A DNA stretch of 35,456 nt. Origin: Chrysochromulina tobinii (lineage: Eukaryota). The translations under genes were made by a program, and so were the position numbers. Shown here piece by piece: positions 10,301 to 21,049 of this stretch. Each line of letters opens with the position of its first letter. Position 1 is the stretch's first letter. The stretch covers positions 1 through 35,456 of the forward strand of contig JWZX01002626.1 of assembly GCA_001275005.1 (NCBI GenBank). The letters run 5' to 3'. Below the pieces are notes generated by a model. It was not told the DNA's origin. It saw nothing but the letters and a program-made list of their open reading frames with translations, and searched no databases.

Positions 10301-13300
10301 AGCGCAGCGGACCCAGCGGGCTTGCTCGGCGAAGGCTGTGGCTCGGAGCGGCTCCGTCGGGCGCTCGTTCACCTCGCTGGCACCCGATCGCACGCTCCAC
10401 AGCCGTGCAAGACTTTTGGGGCGGCCCTTGAGAAGCAGTATGCGGTCGAGCTCGCAGTGGCTCGTCGGCTGTGGCTGGCACGCATGCTCGCGGATCTCAT
10501 CGGTGGCGGCTCAGCGCGCGCCGTCATGGGCAGATTCGCGCGGCGCGGCGCCGAGATGACGGCAGATCTGGAGCAGCAGCTCACCAAACTGCGGGAGCGC
10601 GTCTCAATGCGCGCGACCGCTATGTGTCGCTTCTGTGGGCGGATGCAACGCGAGTCTGACAGGCGGCGGTGCGAAGCCGAGGCCGCGGCGCAGGCACGGT
10701 ACGCTTCCGACATCGAGGATGGCACCTGGTGGATTTTGGAGAGCGTCCTCGTGCGCATCAAGGACCGCCTCTGGTGGGGCGTCAAGGAAGAGCTCCTCGG
10801 CTTGCTCTGCCCCAAAATCGCCACGATGACGCCCCAATTTGCGCAGGCGCTCTACAAGGCTGGCTATCGCGACCTCGACGGGCTCGCTTCCTCTGACGAG
10901 GAGCGCGTGCTCCGCGCGCTCCGTCCAGCCTCCGCCACCTCTGCCAAGGGCGTCTGCGGCTCGCTGCGCATCTGCCGCGCCGCCAGCCATCAGTTGGTTC
11001 AGGAGGCGCGCGAGGCGGTGGCGCTGCGCTCGTCAGAGCTGGAAGAGACGCTACGGGAGCGGCTGGCAGCCGCAGGGCTGAGGCTGCCCCCTCGTGCCGA
11101 GATTCATGCCGAGATCTCCGCCGCTGGCCTGAGGCGCCCCCCTCCTGCCGATAGACGCGGCTCCGGCGAAGCTTCTGATCCTCCTCTTGATCCACGAGGA
11201 GGCGTCCATCGCGGCGGCAAGCGGGTTGCCAAGAGGAAGAAGGGTGGGCGTAGCTGTGAAGTAGTGCCATTTGGAGGGCAGCCCGCTGCCCCTCCCTCTG
11301 CCCCTGCACAGCCCGATCCCCTCGCGTTACCGTCAGGCGTGCCCTCTGCTTGCGCGGCACCCGCTGCTGCCGCCCAGCGCTTCACCTGCCGTCCCTCAAT
11401 CGGCGGGACGGGCGGCGCACTCCCAGCCACGCGCCCCGCCATGGGGACCATCCTCGGCGCCGTCCTCGGCGCCCTCCCCTTGGGCCCGCTCCCGCCATCG
11501 CGCGCCGTGCTGGGCGCAATGCCGACGGGACCGCTCCCGCCCTCGCGTGCAAATAGCCTCGCGGCGGAGCAAGCGGCGTGTGCGGCGTCAGACGCGTGGT
11601 TGGCCGCCGTGGCGACGCCGAAGAGCAAGGGCGTGCCAGCCAAAGCCGCGGACAGCGGAGCCAGCAGCGGAGCGCGAAGCAGCGGCTTCAGCAGTGGCGG
11701 CGAGGGCACTGGCAGAAGCAGTAGCGCCAACGGCAGCGGCCGCGGCAGCGGCCGCGGCAGCGGGGACGTGCCCAGCAGCGCCTCCGTCTACGTTTCCTCG
11801 GGCAGCGCCGCCTCATCACACGCGCCACGCCGGGCACTCCCTCGAACAGCTCCCTCCCCCTCCCCCCGAGGCCAGGCCGCGCAGCTATCCACCGAACATG
11901 GCGCCGCAGTCGATTACTGGTGGCAGCTCCACTCAAGCGGCGTGACTGGGGCGAGGCTCGAGGCCGCCAGGCACGAAGCCGCGCGGCTGCAGATGGCTGC
12001 AAGTCGCTCGGTGGAGCATCGGCAGCATGGGCAGACGAGCCTGCGCACGTTCGTGCATCGGACGAGCCTTGGGAGCGGCGGCGGTGGCGGAGGGGGAGGC
12101 GGCGAGGGAGGCGGTGGCGTGGGATGCGGCGGCGGCGGCGGCGATGGCGGTGGAGGCAGCGTGCGTGCGGCAGGGCTGCATGGCGCTCAGCACGGCGCTC
12201 AGCTTCGGACGCTTCGAGCGATGCCTAACCCGAAGCGTCAGAAGCTGAGCGCCGTGCAGCCTCGATGGATGCATGATTCTGACGTAGCCATCGACTCTGA
12301 CTCCACCGGAGGCCATGCCTCCGTCCAACGCAAGCGCAAGCTCACCGGCGGCGCCGCTGCTGCGCCGCTGAGCGTCACCGATGAGTCACGGGCTACTGTG
12401 GCGGGCGTGGCAGCGACAGGCGCGGCAGTGGCGACGGGGGATGGCATGCCTCCGCGCCTCTACCGACGTGTCAACGTCGTCCCTACCCGCGCCGCCACCG
12501 CCATCACCGCCGCCACCGCGGATGATGACGACACTAGCCCTCGCGCCGGTGTGGACGACGGCTATGCTCCCGAGGCGCACGACACGATTAGCCTTGAGGT
12601 CTTTGGCGCGCTGTGGCTGGCGCAGCGCCGCTTCGCCTTTGGTCTACACGTGGAGACGCCGTCGCGGCCGGATGCACCTCTCTGCCCGCCGTTCACGACC
12701 ACCACCATCTGCGGTGTCGCGGTCACGTGGGATACTTGGGAGCCGCAGGCGCGGCCCGCGGCGCCGGCAGCGCACGAGGCAGGTAGTACGCTACCCACCC
12801 CAGTAGTGTACTACCTGCCTCTCGTTGCCGATTATGCTGGCGCGCGGCTCTCGTCCAGTGATGGAGGGCCGACGAGAGCAGAAGCAGCGGAGGCTGCAGA
12901 GGCGTGGCTGCTGGTGCACACCGCCATGCTCTCGGGCACGGCGCTCAAGGTGTGTGCCCGCAATTGCCTGTGGTCGCCTCTCACAAACCCCTGATGGCCC
13001 CTCACTGCCCCTGATGGCCTCTCACTGCCCCTGGTGGCTTTGACTGGGTACGTGTGCCCACCAGGTGGCCGATGGTCTCAAGCAGCAGTGTGCGCTGCTT
13101 CTCTCGCGCGGCGTCCACGTGGTCGCTCCCCTCTTCGACCCCTGCGTCGCCGAGTGGATGCTGTGCACGGACGCCAACCCGAGCACCCTCTCGACGCGCG
13201 CGATCGCCGCGTCGCGCTTCCCGCCCCTCCACCGCGCTCTCGAGATCGATGAACGGCGCGCGCGCGAGTGGCGGCAGCGGCAGCAGCGGGCTCGGCGGGA

Positions 13301-14328
13301 GGGCGGGGGCGTCGCAGCGGCAGCGCACGAGGTGGTGCTCGGCCGCGCGACTGTTCGTGATTTGCTCTCCCGTGTCGTCTTCCGCTGCTTAGCGATCTCG
13401 TCCAAGCTCGAGGACGAGCTTGCCATTAAGGCAATTGGGCGCAGCTGCGTTGAGCAGGAGATGGCTCTGCCGCTCGTGCTTGCACGCATGGAGCTGCAGG
13501 TTCGCGCCGAGCGCCTCTCTGATCGCCTTTCCGATCGAACCTCTGGTCGCCTCTCTGACTTACCGCCGTGTGCTTTGTCGCGCTGCTGCAGGGGTTTGCC
13601 GTTCGGCTTGACGTGTTTGCGTCCGAAGCTCACGCGATGACGCGCCGGCTGCATGCGCTCGAGACGGACGGTCGGCGGCTACTCGGCCACCCCTTCGAGT
13701 GGAGCTCATCCAAGGAAATCGGGCGCGTCCTCTTCGACGAGTTGCGGCTGGGCGAGGGACACGAGGCCACGATGCGCATCCAGCGCAAGCCGACCAAGTC
13801 GCGCCGGCAACCCGTAAGTGTGTGGGAGACGTCGACAGTGGCGCTGCGAAAGCTCGCGCGCCTACACCCTCTCCCTGAGATGATCATCGAGCACCGCAAG
13901 ATCTCCGCCAATCTCCGGTTTGCGGCCAAGTCGGGCAGTAACGGTGTGCGGCATGGCGCGCAGCGCCTCGCTCTCGGCTCGGCGCCCATTGCCGCTGTTG
14001 CCGCCGCTCGTGTGGCCGCTGCCGACGACGACGAGGGGGGCGAGGACGAGGATGAATGCGGCAAGGATGGGCCTGCGGGGCGTGCCGCCAGTATCACTGG
14101 TGCCGGCCTCGACATGTTTGCGGAGGTGGCGCAGAGGGACGAGCATGCAGTGGTCGCTGCCGCGGCCGCCGCGAGCTCATCTCTCATTTTCAGTGCGAGC
14201 CAGGCCACCGCCGTGGGCACAAGCCATCGGGTACCGAGCCAATCCGAGCCGAGCCAGGCTTGGCCTGCCGCCGCCAGTCAGCTGGTTCCTCCAGCACCCG
14301 CTCTGCCCGTGCCCGTCCCCGTCCCCGT

Positions 14329-14369
<41 letters not shown>

Positions 14370-15897
14370 ACTCGGCGCCCACCACGGCGTGCGCCGTGTA
14401 CTGCACCTTCGACCAGACGTCCACCGCCACCGGCCGTCTGACCACGACACGCCCTAACCTGCAGTGTCTGCCCAAGGCATGGCGCATGGTCCACGCGGCC
14501 ACATACACGAGCGACTCGCTCCACGCCGAGCTGAGCAGCGCGCTCCTGCCGCCCCCGCTGCCGCCACGCACACCGCTGAGGGTTCAACGCCTCTCGGATG
14601 GGCGCTGGGTGGACGCGGAGCTCGTGGCGGTGCTCGAGCAGGTGGTGGCACAGCCGTACACGGCCAAGCAGCCCGACCTCACGCTGCGCCAGGTGTACGC
14701 GCGCCAGGGCGTGCTCTACTCAGATGCAGCCGCCGCGACCGTGCGCCAGGTGCGCGCGTGCGCCTTCTCATTGCATGCTGAGTGCCTCCGACATTGCATG
14801 CTAAGCGTCTCCCTCATCACATGCAGGTGCGCGTGCGCCTACTCTGCGACGTGCACGTCGGCGCTGCCGCCGCCGCGCCTCCGAGCCACGCAGACGACAC
14901 AGATGATGAGGATGATGACCACGTGGCCGCCGCCGGCGCCTGCGGTGCGAGGGGCGCTCGCCCTCTCGGTTCAAAGGGCTCCGAAGCCACGGATCGGGTC
15001 TACGCGGCAGATCGGGTGTTCCGCGTCCATCTCTCCTCCTGCTCAACGCGCTGGGCAGATGAGCGGCTGCGCCCCCCGCCTGGAGCTCTCGTGCTCAGTG
15101 GCGGATACGAGGCGCCCGTCGACCTGCGCAAGGGCTTCGTGGCGCGCCCCGGCTGTGTGCTCATCTCGGCCGACTACGCGCAGGTGGAGCTGCGGGTGCT
15201 CGCCCACTTGGCGGCGGACCCGGCGCTGATCGCCGCGTTCGAGCAAGGGCCCGACCTCTTTCTGCAGCTCGCTGCGCGCCTCTTCACAGTCACGCCCGAC
15301 GCGATCACGGCTGAGCTGCGAGACCGCGTCAAGGTGGTGACCTACGCGTCGCTCTACGGCGCGGGGACCGCGCACGTGATGCAGCTCGCGGAGGTGACGT
15401 ACGAGACGGCCGCCAGCTACCTCGAGCTATGGCAGCGGTGCTTCCCCGGCGTGTACCGCTACCTGGAGCGCGTCAAGCGCGAGTGCCGCCTCAACCAGTA
15501 CATCACAACGCTCTCGGGTCGCCGCCGTTACATCGTCGGCATCCGCGCCAAGGAGCCCAATCTCACTCGCGCCGCCGAGCGACAGGCCGTCAACTCTGTC
15601 GTGCAGGGCTCGGCCGCCGACCTCATCAAGCAGGCCATGCTCAACCTGGATCGTGAGCTCACGCCGCTCGATGCGCCCGCACACGGCGGCGGCGGCGCCA
15701 CCGGCCGCCTTCTCCTTCAGATCCACGATGAGCTGCTCTTCGAGGTTGCGGCCGAACACGCGCCCGCGCTGCGCGCTCGCGTGCGCCGTGTCATGCAGGG
15801 CGTACGCACGCACGACGGCGCGCCGCTCCGAGTGCCGCTCCGTGTGCAGTTGAAGCAGGGCAGCTCGTGGGGAGAGCTCAAGGTAGTGGAAGACTGA
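7331..15897 (+). CDS. POLQ: DNA polymerase theta (Ski2-like helicase + family A polymerase); join(7331..12949,13065..13499,13592..14749,14827..15897), ~2760 aa
   Basis: Helicase motifs: LFEWQ, TSAGKT, IDELH, GMSATL, YHAGM, ATTSLSEGVNLP, QMIGRAGRKG. Polymerase motifs: MELQGF, TGRL..PNLQ, motif A ADYAQVELRVLAH, motif B RVKVVTYASLYG, TLSGRRR, AERQAVNSVVQGSAAD, motif C QIHDELLFE. Three phase-0 GT-AG introns join the frames cleanly. Confidence 0.93.
12950..13064 (+). repeat. POLQ intron 1 containing ~3 degenerate 20-bp tandem repeats
   Basis: ccctgatggcccctcactgc / ccctgatggcctctcactgc / ccctggtggctttgactg; GT..AG boundaries. Confidence 0.85.
14330..14368 (+). repeat. (CCG)n trinucleotide tract encoding poly-Pro in POLQ
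   Basis: Uninterrupted gccgccgcc run. Confidence 0.9.
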
Positions 15898-16670
15898 ATG
15901 AGTTTGAGAGCGCAGCAATGGAGTAGCCAATAACGACTGTCTACGTATAGTAAAGCTACGTGTCGACACTCCGAGCATCGGACCATATTGCTTCTCTGGT
16001 CTCATAGCCGCTCGTGCTCGTCGTCATCATCAGCAGCGTGCGGGGGGGGGGACGGGACTCGGGAGGCGGCGGCGGGCGCCGCGGGGCTGCCTCGACGACC
16101 CTCGACCGACGTCCCGTCCGGGACGGTCCGACCGTGACGGTGTCGTGCCTCGTGCCCCGTCCGCTACGCGTTAAACTCGAACAACCTTAATGGCTTTGCA
16201 CAACCTTACGTCGATCAACTCCCACCAAGACCAACCAAGTCGGACGTGGATACACGAGCCACCCCGGCAGTGTGCCCCGACCGGACCCGACCTATAATGC
16301 GCTTTGTTGCCCATCCGGCATGCGGCGCAACCATGGAATTGGCCCTATGCCGCATGTGAGTACACCAACTGGTACACCGCGCGGAGGTGCATGCCACCCG
16401 CCGTTCGCCATATTGCCCCCCCCCGGTCGGCATCGCCGTGCCACGGACCCGATCTCAATGTACACAGGTGCACCGGCTGTACCGAGTCACAGCTTACACC
16501 TCCCATCTGTACAGACAGCCACGCACGAAGGCGCCGTTGTTCGTTGGGCGTCAGTGCGCCCTATCCATGACCGTGCATCACGCATGCCTTCACGAGCATA
16601 GGGTCTCGACACCTGCGTGCCACCCTGTGCATGCACCCCGCCGAACTCCATTCGGTCTTTGTGAGCTTCC

Positions 16671-19631
16671 TCAGCCCGTGTTTTGGATGCCGGCGGCGAT
16701 GCCCTGCACAGTGACCTTCATGGCGTCGGTGAGCGCCTCGAGGTCGGACGAGCCCGCCTTGAGCCGGGACATCACCTCGCCCTGCACCGCATGCAGCGTC
16801 AAGAGGTACGGCCGGCGCAGCGCAAACGCAAGCTTCGTGTTCGGGTGGTTCTCCAGCAACACGGTGTGCCCCGCAACAGTCGAGACGGCCGTCATGGCCT
16901 GCTCGAGGCCTGCACGGAGCTGGTTGCCCAGAGCCTGCAGCTCAGGCGTGCACAGCTTCGCATCGTAGTACGCGGAGACGGCCGGATCTGCTTTCGAGAG
17001 CTCCAGCTCCACGAGATCGATCAGGCCGGTAAAGAAGGGCCATGTTTGATAAGCCTCCTGGAGCTCTGCGAGACCGCCGCTCGCAATCTTCTCGGCGATT
17101 GCCTGGCCGCCGCCGAGCCAGACGGGTAGGTGGAGCCTCGTCTGTGTCCACGCAAAGTTCCACGGGATCGCACGCAGCTGATCGATGCCGCCGCCTGCCT
17201 TGCGCTTGGCGGGGCGTGAACCCAAGTTCATCTCGGCGAGCGCCGAGGTGGGCGTGGCCGCATGGAAGTAGGCCGGGAAGATGTCGGCCGGCGACTCGTA
17301 CACGGTGGCACGGAAAATCTTGGCCGACACGTCCGCAAGCTCCTTCATGAGTTGGCGCTGCGAGGGCGTCGGCAGCGGCGGCGGTGCCACCGTGTGCTCG
17401 AGCACCGAGATCGCGTAACGCTGGAAGGTATGCGTGGCAACCTCCTTGGACGCGAGAAAGGCCTGAATCTGCTCGCCCTGCACGGTGACACGGTACGCGC
17501 CCTTGACGGAGCCAGCGGGCTGCGAGAGCAGGTTGAGGTGCAGCGGGCCACCACCACGACCAATCGAGCCGCCACGCCCGTGGAAAAAGTTGAGCTTGAC
17601 GCCCGACTCTTCGCCGATCGTCATCAGCTTCTCCATGGCCACGTGCAACTCCCACAGCGAGGCGAACTTGCCGGCGTCCTTGGAGGAGTCCGAGTAGCCG
17701 AGCATCACCTCGTGCTTCCCCGCGATGACGCTCTTGTACGGGGCCACCTGGAGCAAGCGCTTCATGACAGGGGGCGCGTTGAGAAGATCGTCACGAGTCT
17801 CGAAGAGGGGCGCGACGCGCATCGGCGACTTGACTCCGCACTTTTCCTGGAGCAGGCGGACCGCGAGCACGTCCGACGCGTAGTGCGACATCGAGATGCA
17901 GTACGCGCCCATGCACTCGGTGGGCAGCTTGGCGAGCATGTGGAAGACGTCGAGCACCTCGCACACGTTCACGTTCCGGGTGGCCGGGTCGGGGAAGAGC
18001 ACGTCGTTCGTCGGGATGAGCGGCCGTTTGGAGAGCAGTTCCGATTCGAGCCAGGCGATCTTCTTCTCCTCGTCCCACTCTCGATAGCTGCCCAAGTCGA
18101 GGAAGCGGGTGATCGCACCGAGCGCCTCCGCGTGCCGATCCGACTCCTGTCGCACGTCTAGGCGCGCCATCGAGATGCCAAATGAGCGCACGCGACGTAT
18201 GAGGTCGAGCAGCGTGCCGGAGGCAAGCACGCGGTCGCCACAGGCCACGAGCGAGCGATGCATGAGCTCGAGCGGTTCGAGAAGCTCCTTGGAGGAGGTG
18301 TACACGTCGGCATCCAAGGCGATCTCATCCTCGGTCTTCTTGCCCATGTACAGGTCCTCCATCTGGACACGGCTCTTGTACAGTCGCCGGCGGATGGCCA
18401 TCAGAAGGATGCGATACGGCTCATCATCCGGGCAGCCACTCTGGAAGTTGAGCTGCACGCCGTAGTCGGCCTCCTGGGTGAAGACCTTCTTGCGCGGCGC
18501 ACCCGGCTCGAGCACGCCCGTTATCTTCTCCACCTCGTCGCGCATCTCACTCGAGATCGGGCCCGTGTGCGAGAGCTCGAAGAGCAGCTTCTCGATATCC
18601 TCGGCGAACAGCTTGGCTGCACGCGAGCGCATCAGGGCGACGACCTGACGCGTGACGACCGCGGTCACGTTGGGGTTGCCGTCGCGGTCGCCGCCCATCC
18701 AAGTCGAGACGCGGATCAGGCACGCCTCAGTTGGGATCGGAGGCAGCCCCAGACGTGCAAGGGAGCGATCCAGCCGGCGGTAGTGCTCGGGCACAGCCTC
18801 CCAGCACGAGTCTTCGATGACCATCATACCGTTGCGCGCCTCGCCCTCAGGGGTCGGCTTGGAGCGACGGACATTCGAGGTACGCCATGCGGCGAGCTGC
18901 TCGGCGCTGATCTTGTCCTTGATGTCCGCGATCTCACCCGGCGTGAGCGTCGTGCGCTTCTCGTACTCGCCGAGCAGCTCGACGATCCGCTGCTGCTTCT
19001 TGAGGATCGTGCGCCGCTGCGCCTCGGTGGGATGTGCCGTGAGTACGAGCTCAACATCCTGCTTGAGGATGGCGTCGCGGATCTCGGTTGGCGAGATCCC
19101 CTTGGCAAGCAGCCCGTCGAAGCACCCCTTGAACGTGGGAATGCCCACGACAGCGGCCGCAGTACGGTCGACTACGAAGCCGGCGTCGGCGCGCAGGTTG
19201 GCCTTCCAGCTGCGCACCGACTGCTGCAGGCCGGCGAGGTTGGCGTGGCACATGAGCTCTCCGAAGAACTGCGCCGAGCTCAGCAACGTCTGTGGCGACA
19301 TGACCTGCACCTTCTCGACGATCGTGGCGAGGTCCTCCAGGCCCGCCGCCGGCCCCATCGCCTCCACATCTGACAGGAGCGTCATGACATCCGTGGAGAG
19401 GCGCGGGGCGCCGCCGAGGCCGACGCCGAGGCCAGCATCGCGCTCCAAGTCGAGGGTGACGCCGGAAGGGGTGCTGGGCAGGTCAGGCCCGATGGCGTCG
19501 AGCAGGAGCTCGCGCATGAGTGCCATGTCGGCCGCTATCTTGTCCGCGGCCTTCTTGTTGCCATGCGTGTCAGCACGGGAGACCGCATCGGAATTCAATG
19601 CCAACATGGACGAGGAATCCGCCTTTTTCAT
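16671..19631 (-). CDS. PEPC: Phosphoenolpyruvate carboxylase (~986 aa)
   Basis: VLTAHPTE, WMGGDRDGNP, DVRQES, PLFET, EVMLGYSDSSKDAG, FHGRGGSIGRGGGP, TVQGE, LRAIPWNFAWTQTR and C-terminal QNTG. First ATG at 19631; a 5'UTR intron just upstream is possible. Confidence 0.97.
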   Translation of the reverse strand: MKKADSSSMLALNSDAVSRADTHGNKKAADKIAADMALMRELLLDAIGPDLPSTPSGVTLDLERDAGLGVGLGGAPRLSTDVMTLLSDVEAMGPAAGLEDLATIVEKVQVMSPQTLLSSAQFFGELMCHANLAGLQQSVRSWKANLRADAGFVVDRTAAAVVGIPTFKGCFDGLLAKGISPTEIRDAILKQDVELVLTAHPTEAQRRTILKKQQRIVELLGEYEKRTTLTPGEIADIKDKISAEQLAAWRTSNVRRSKPTPEGEARNGMMVIEDSCWEAVPEHYRRLDRSLARLGLPPIPTEACLIRVSTWMGGDRDGNPNVTAVVTRQVVALMRSRAAKLFAEDIEKLLFELSHTGPISSEMRDEVEKITGVLEPGAPRKKVFTQEADYGVQLNFQSGCPDDEPYRILLMAIRRRLYKSRVQMEDLYMGKKTEDEIALDADVYTSSKELLEPLELMHRSLVACGDRVLASGTLLDLIRRVRSFGISMARLDVRQESDRHAEALGAITRFLDLGSYREWDEEKKIAWLESELLSKRPLIPTNDVLFPDPATRNVNVCEVLDVFHMLAKLPTECMGAYCISMSHYASDVLAVRLLQEKCGVKSPMRVAPLFETRDDLLNAPPVMKRLLQVAPYKSVIAGKHEVMLGYSDSSKDAGKFASLWELHVAMEKLMTIGEESGVKLNFFHGRGGSIGRGGGPLHLNLLSQPAGSVKGAYRVTVQGEQIQAFLASKEVATHTFQRYAISVLEHTVAPPPLPTPSQRQLMKELADVSAKIFRATVYESPADIFPAYFHAATPTSALAEMNLGSRPAKRKAGGGIDQLRAIPWNFAWTQTRLHLPVWLGGGQAIAEKIASGGLAELQEAYQTWPFFTGLIDLVELELSKADPAVSAYYDAKLCTPELQALGNQLRAGLEQAMTAVSTVAGHTVLLENHPNTKLAFALRRPYLLTLHAVQGEVMSRLKAGSSDLEALTDAMKVTVQGIAAGIQNTG

Positions 19632-20080
19632 AATTTGGCAATGGGTGTCTGCCGGAGGCGGGCGGGCAGGACGCGTGAGCACAGCCGCGAACGCGCGAGA
19701 GCCGTGGGCTGCCTATTGGGCGCGCAGGGCAGGGTACGTGTGCTGCAGCGGCCATGCGAGCGAGTGGTGCGTCGCGAGACCTGGGTTGTCGAAGAGGGGA
19801 ACAAGACGAGCAGCCGACGTCGCAGGAGATGCAATCGCGTCTCGGCAGGGTCTCAATGGCAGGGTCTCTCAGTCCGCAGTCGCGGGGTCGGAAGAATCTC
19901 TTTTATGGACCTCGCCAGACCCGAAAGGCCGGGGGCGCCAGTCCCGCAGTCCGTGTCCGGATGTCCCGACGCCCACACGCCGAACCCAATGTGTACACGC
20001 GCCCAACCCTCGCTGTCCGCTGAGTCGACATGATAACACAATCGCAGCACATCATATCGCAGGTTGATCATCCACGCTTC

Positions 20081-20132
20081 TGCCGTGGAGTAAGCCATTC
20101 ACCATGCCGTGGACTAAGCCACTAACCATGCC
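20081..20132. repeat. 24-bp imperfect tandem duplication upstream of PEPC
   Basis: tgccgtggagtaagccattcacca / tgccgtggactaagccactaacca. Confidence 0.8.
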
Positions 20133-20286
20133 ACCGGCACGCACGAGGGGGGCGCTGGTGAGCAAGTGCCCAGCGCGTCCAAAAGCCAAAAGCGAAGCCG
20201 CGCCGTCTCTCGTCCTACTGACGTCCTAGAGGGGGGATCTCGAGCAGATCTATCTCGACATCAATGCTCATCGGGATTCGGGGGAC

Positions 20287-20916
20287 TCAATACCCTTGCG
20301 TCGGGTAGACGACCCCCTGCGAGTACCCGTTCATGGGCGGGTAGGAGCCGCTCTGCGGCGGTGGGTAGACGCCCCCCTGCGAGTACCCGTTCATGGGCGG
20401 GTAGGAGCCGCCCTGCGGCGGCGGGTAATACCCGCCCTGAGGGTACCCCTGCCCCTGGCCGTACTGGCCGTACTGGCCGTACTGGCCGTACTGGCCGTAC
20501 TGGCCGTATGGCTGCAGCTGCGCGATCCCCGTGCCATACTTGCCTGCCCTTCGGGCGCGGCGTTCGGCAGCTTCCCTGTTCTCACGCTCCAGGTCGCCGT
20601 TGGCGAAGTAGCCCTGCTGGCCGTAACTGCCATAGCCGCCGTAGCCGCCGTAGCCCTGCTGGCTGATGCCGCCCATCTGCCCGTATCCCTGCACGCCGTA
20701 GCCCTGCTGGCTGAAGCCGCCCATCTGGACATTCTGCTGTCCCCCGTAGCCGCCCGCCTGTGGGTAAGCGGGGTACGGCGTCTGGGCGTACTGTGCGACA
20801 ACCTTGATCGTGCGCACGACCGGTGCCCTCAGCGTCGCCGCGGGAGTCGGCATGAGCGCCGTCACCCCGAGGAGGGCGAACGCTAAAATGACGAGGCGCA
20901 TGGGCACTCCGGCCAT
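20287..20916 (-). CDS. Gly/Tyr/Gln/Pro-rich low-complexity protein with signal peptide and transit-peptide-like segment (209 aa)
   Basis: Hydrophobic leader MRLVILAFALLGVTA, then Ala/Arg/Thr-rich acid-free LMPTPAATLRAPVVRTIKVVA, then QQGYG, (YGQ)n and PPMNGYSQG repeats. The DNA has 9-bp and 60-bp tandem repeats. Confidence 0.7.
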   Translation of the reverse strand: MAGVPMRLVILAFALLGVTALMPTPAATLRAPVVRTIKVVAQYAQTPYPAYPQAGGYGGQQNVQMGGFSQQGYGVQGYGQMGGISQQGYGGYGGYGSYGQQGYFANGDLERENREAAERRARRAGKYGTGIAQLQPYGQYGQYGQYGQYGQYGQGQGYPQGGYYPPPQGGSYPPMNGYSQGGVYPPPQSGSYPPMNGYSQGVVYPTQGY

Positions 20917-21049
20917 GGACGACCGGGAATCTTGTGGCCGTCGCGAAGCCTTCGGAGGATCATCGACGAAACCGACGGTTACATTACGTCCGCTGAACGC
21001 TGAGCGCTCGCTGCGCTGGCTCGTGCTTGCTCGTGCCGTCGCTTGATAC

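Noticed and set aside
7253..15897. Four separate ORFs or a frameshifted pseudogene
   Set aside because: Canonical GT-AG introns join them into one POLQ with intact catalytic motifs.
16040..16600. G-run, short hairpins (gtcccg-tc-cgggac) and small ORFs between POLQ and PEPC
   Set aside because: Consistent with convergent 3'UTRs or low-complexity sequence; no recognisable element boundaries or RNA family.
16683..20067. Long plus-strand ORFs overlapping PEPC (e.g. 18258..19373, 18817..20067)
   Set aside because: Expected antisense open frames of a high-GC3 gene.
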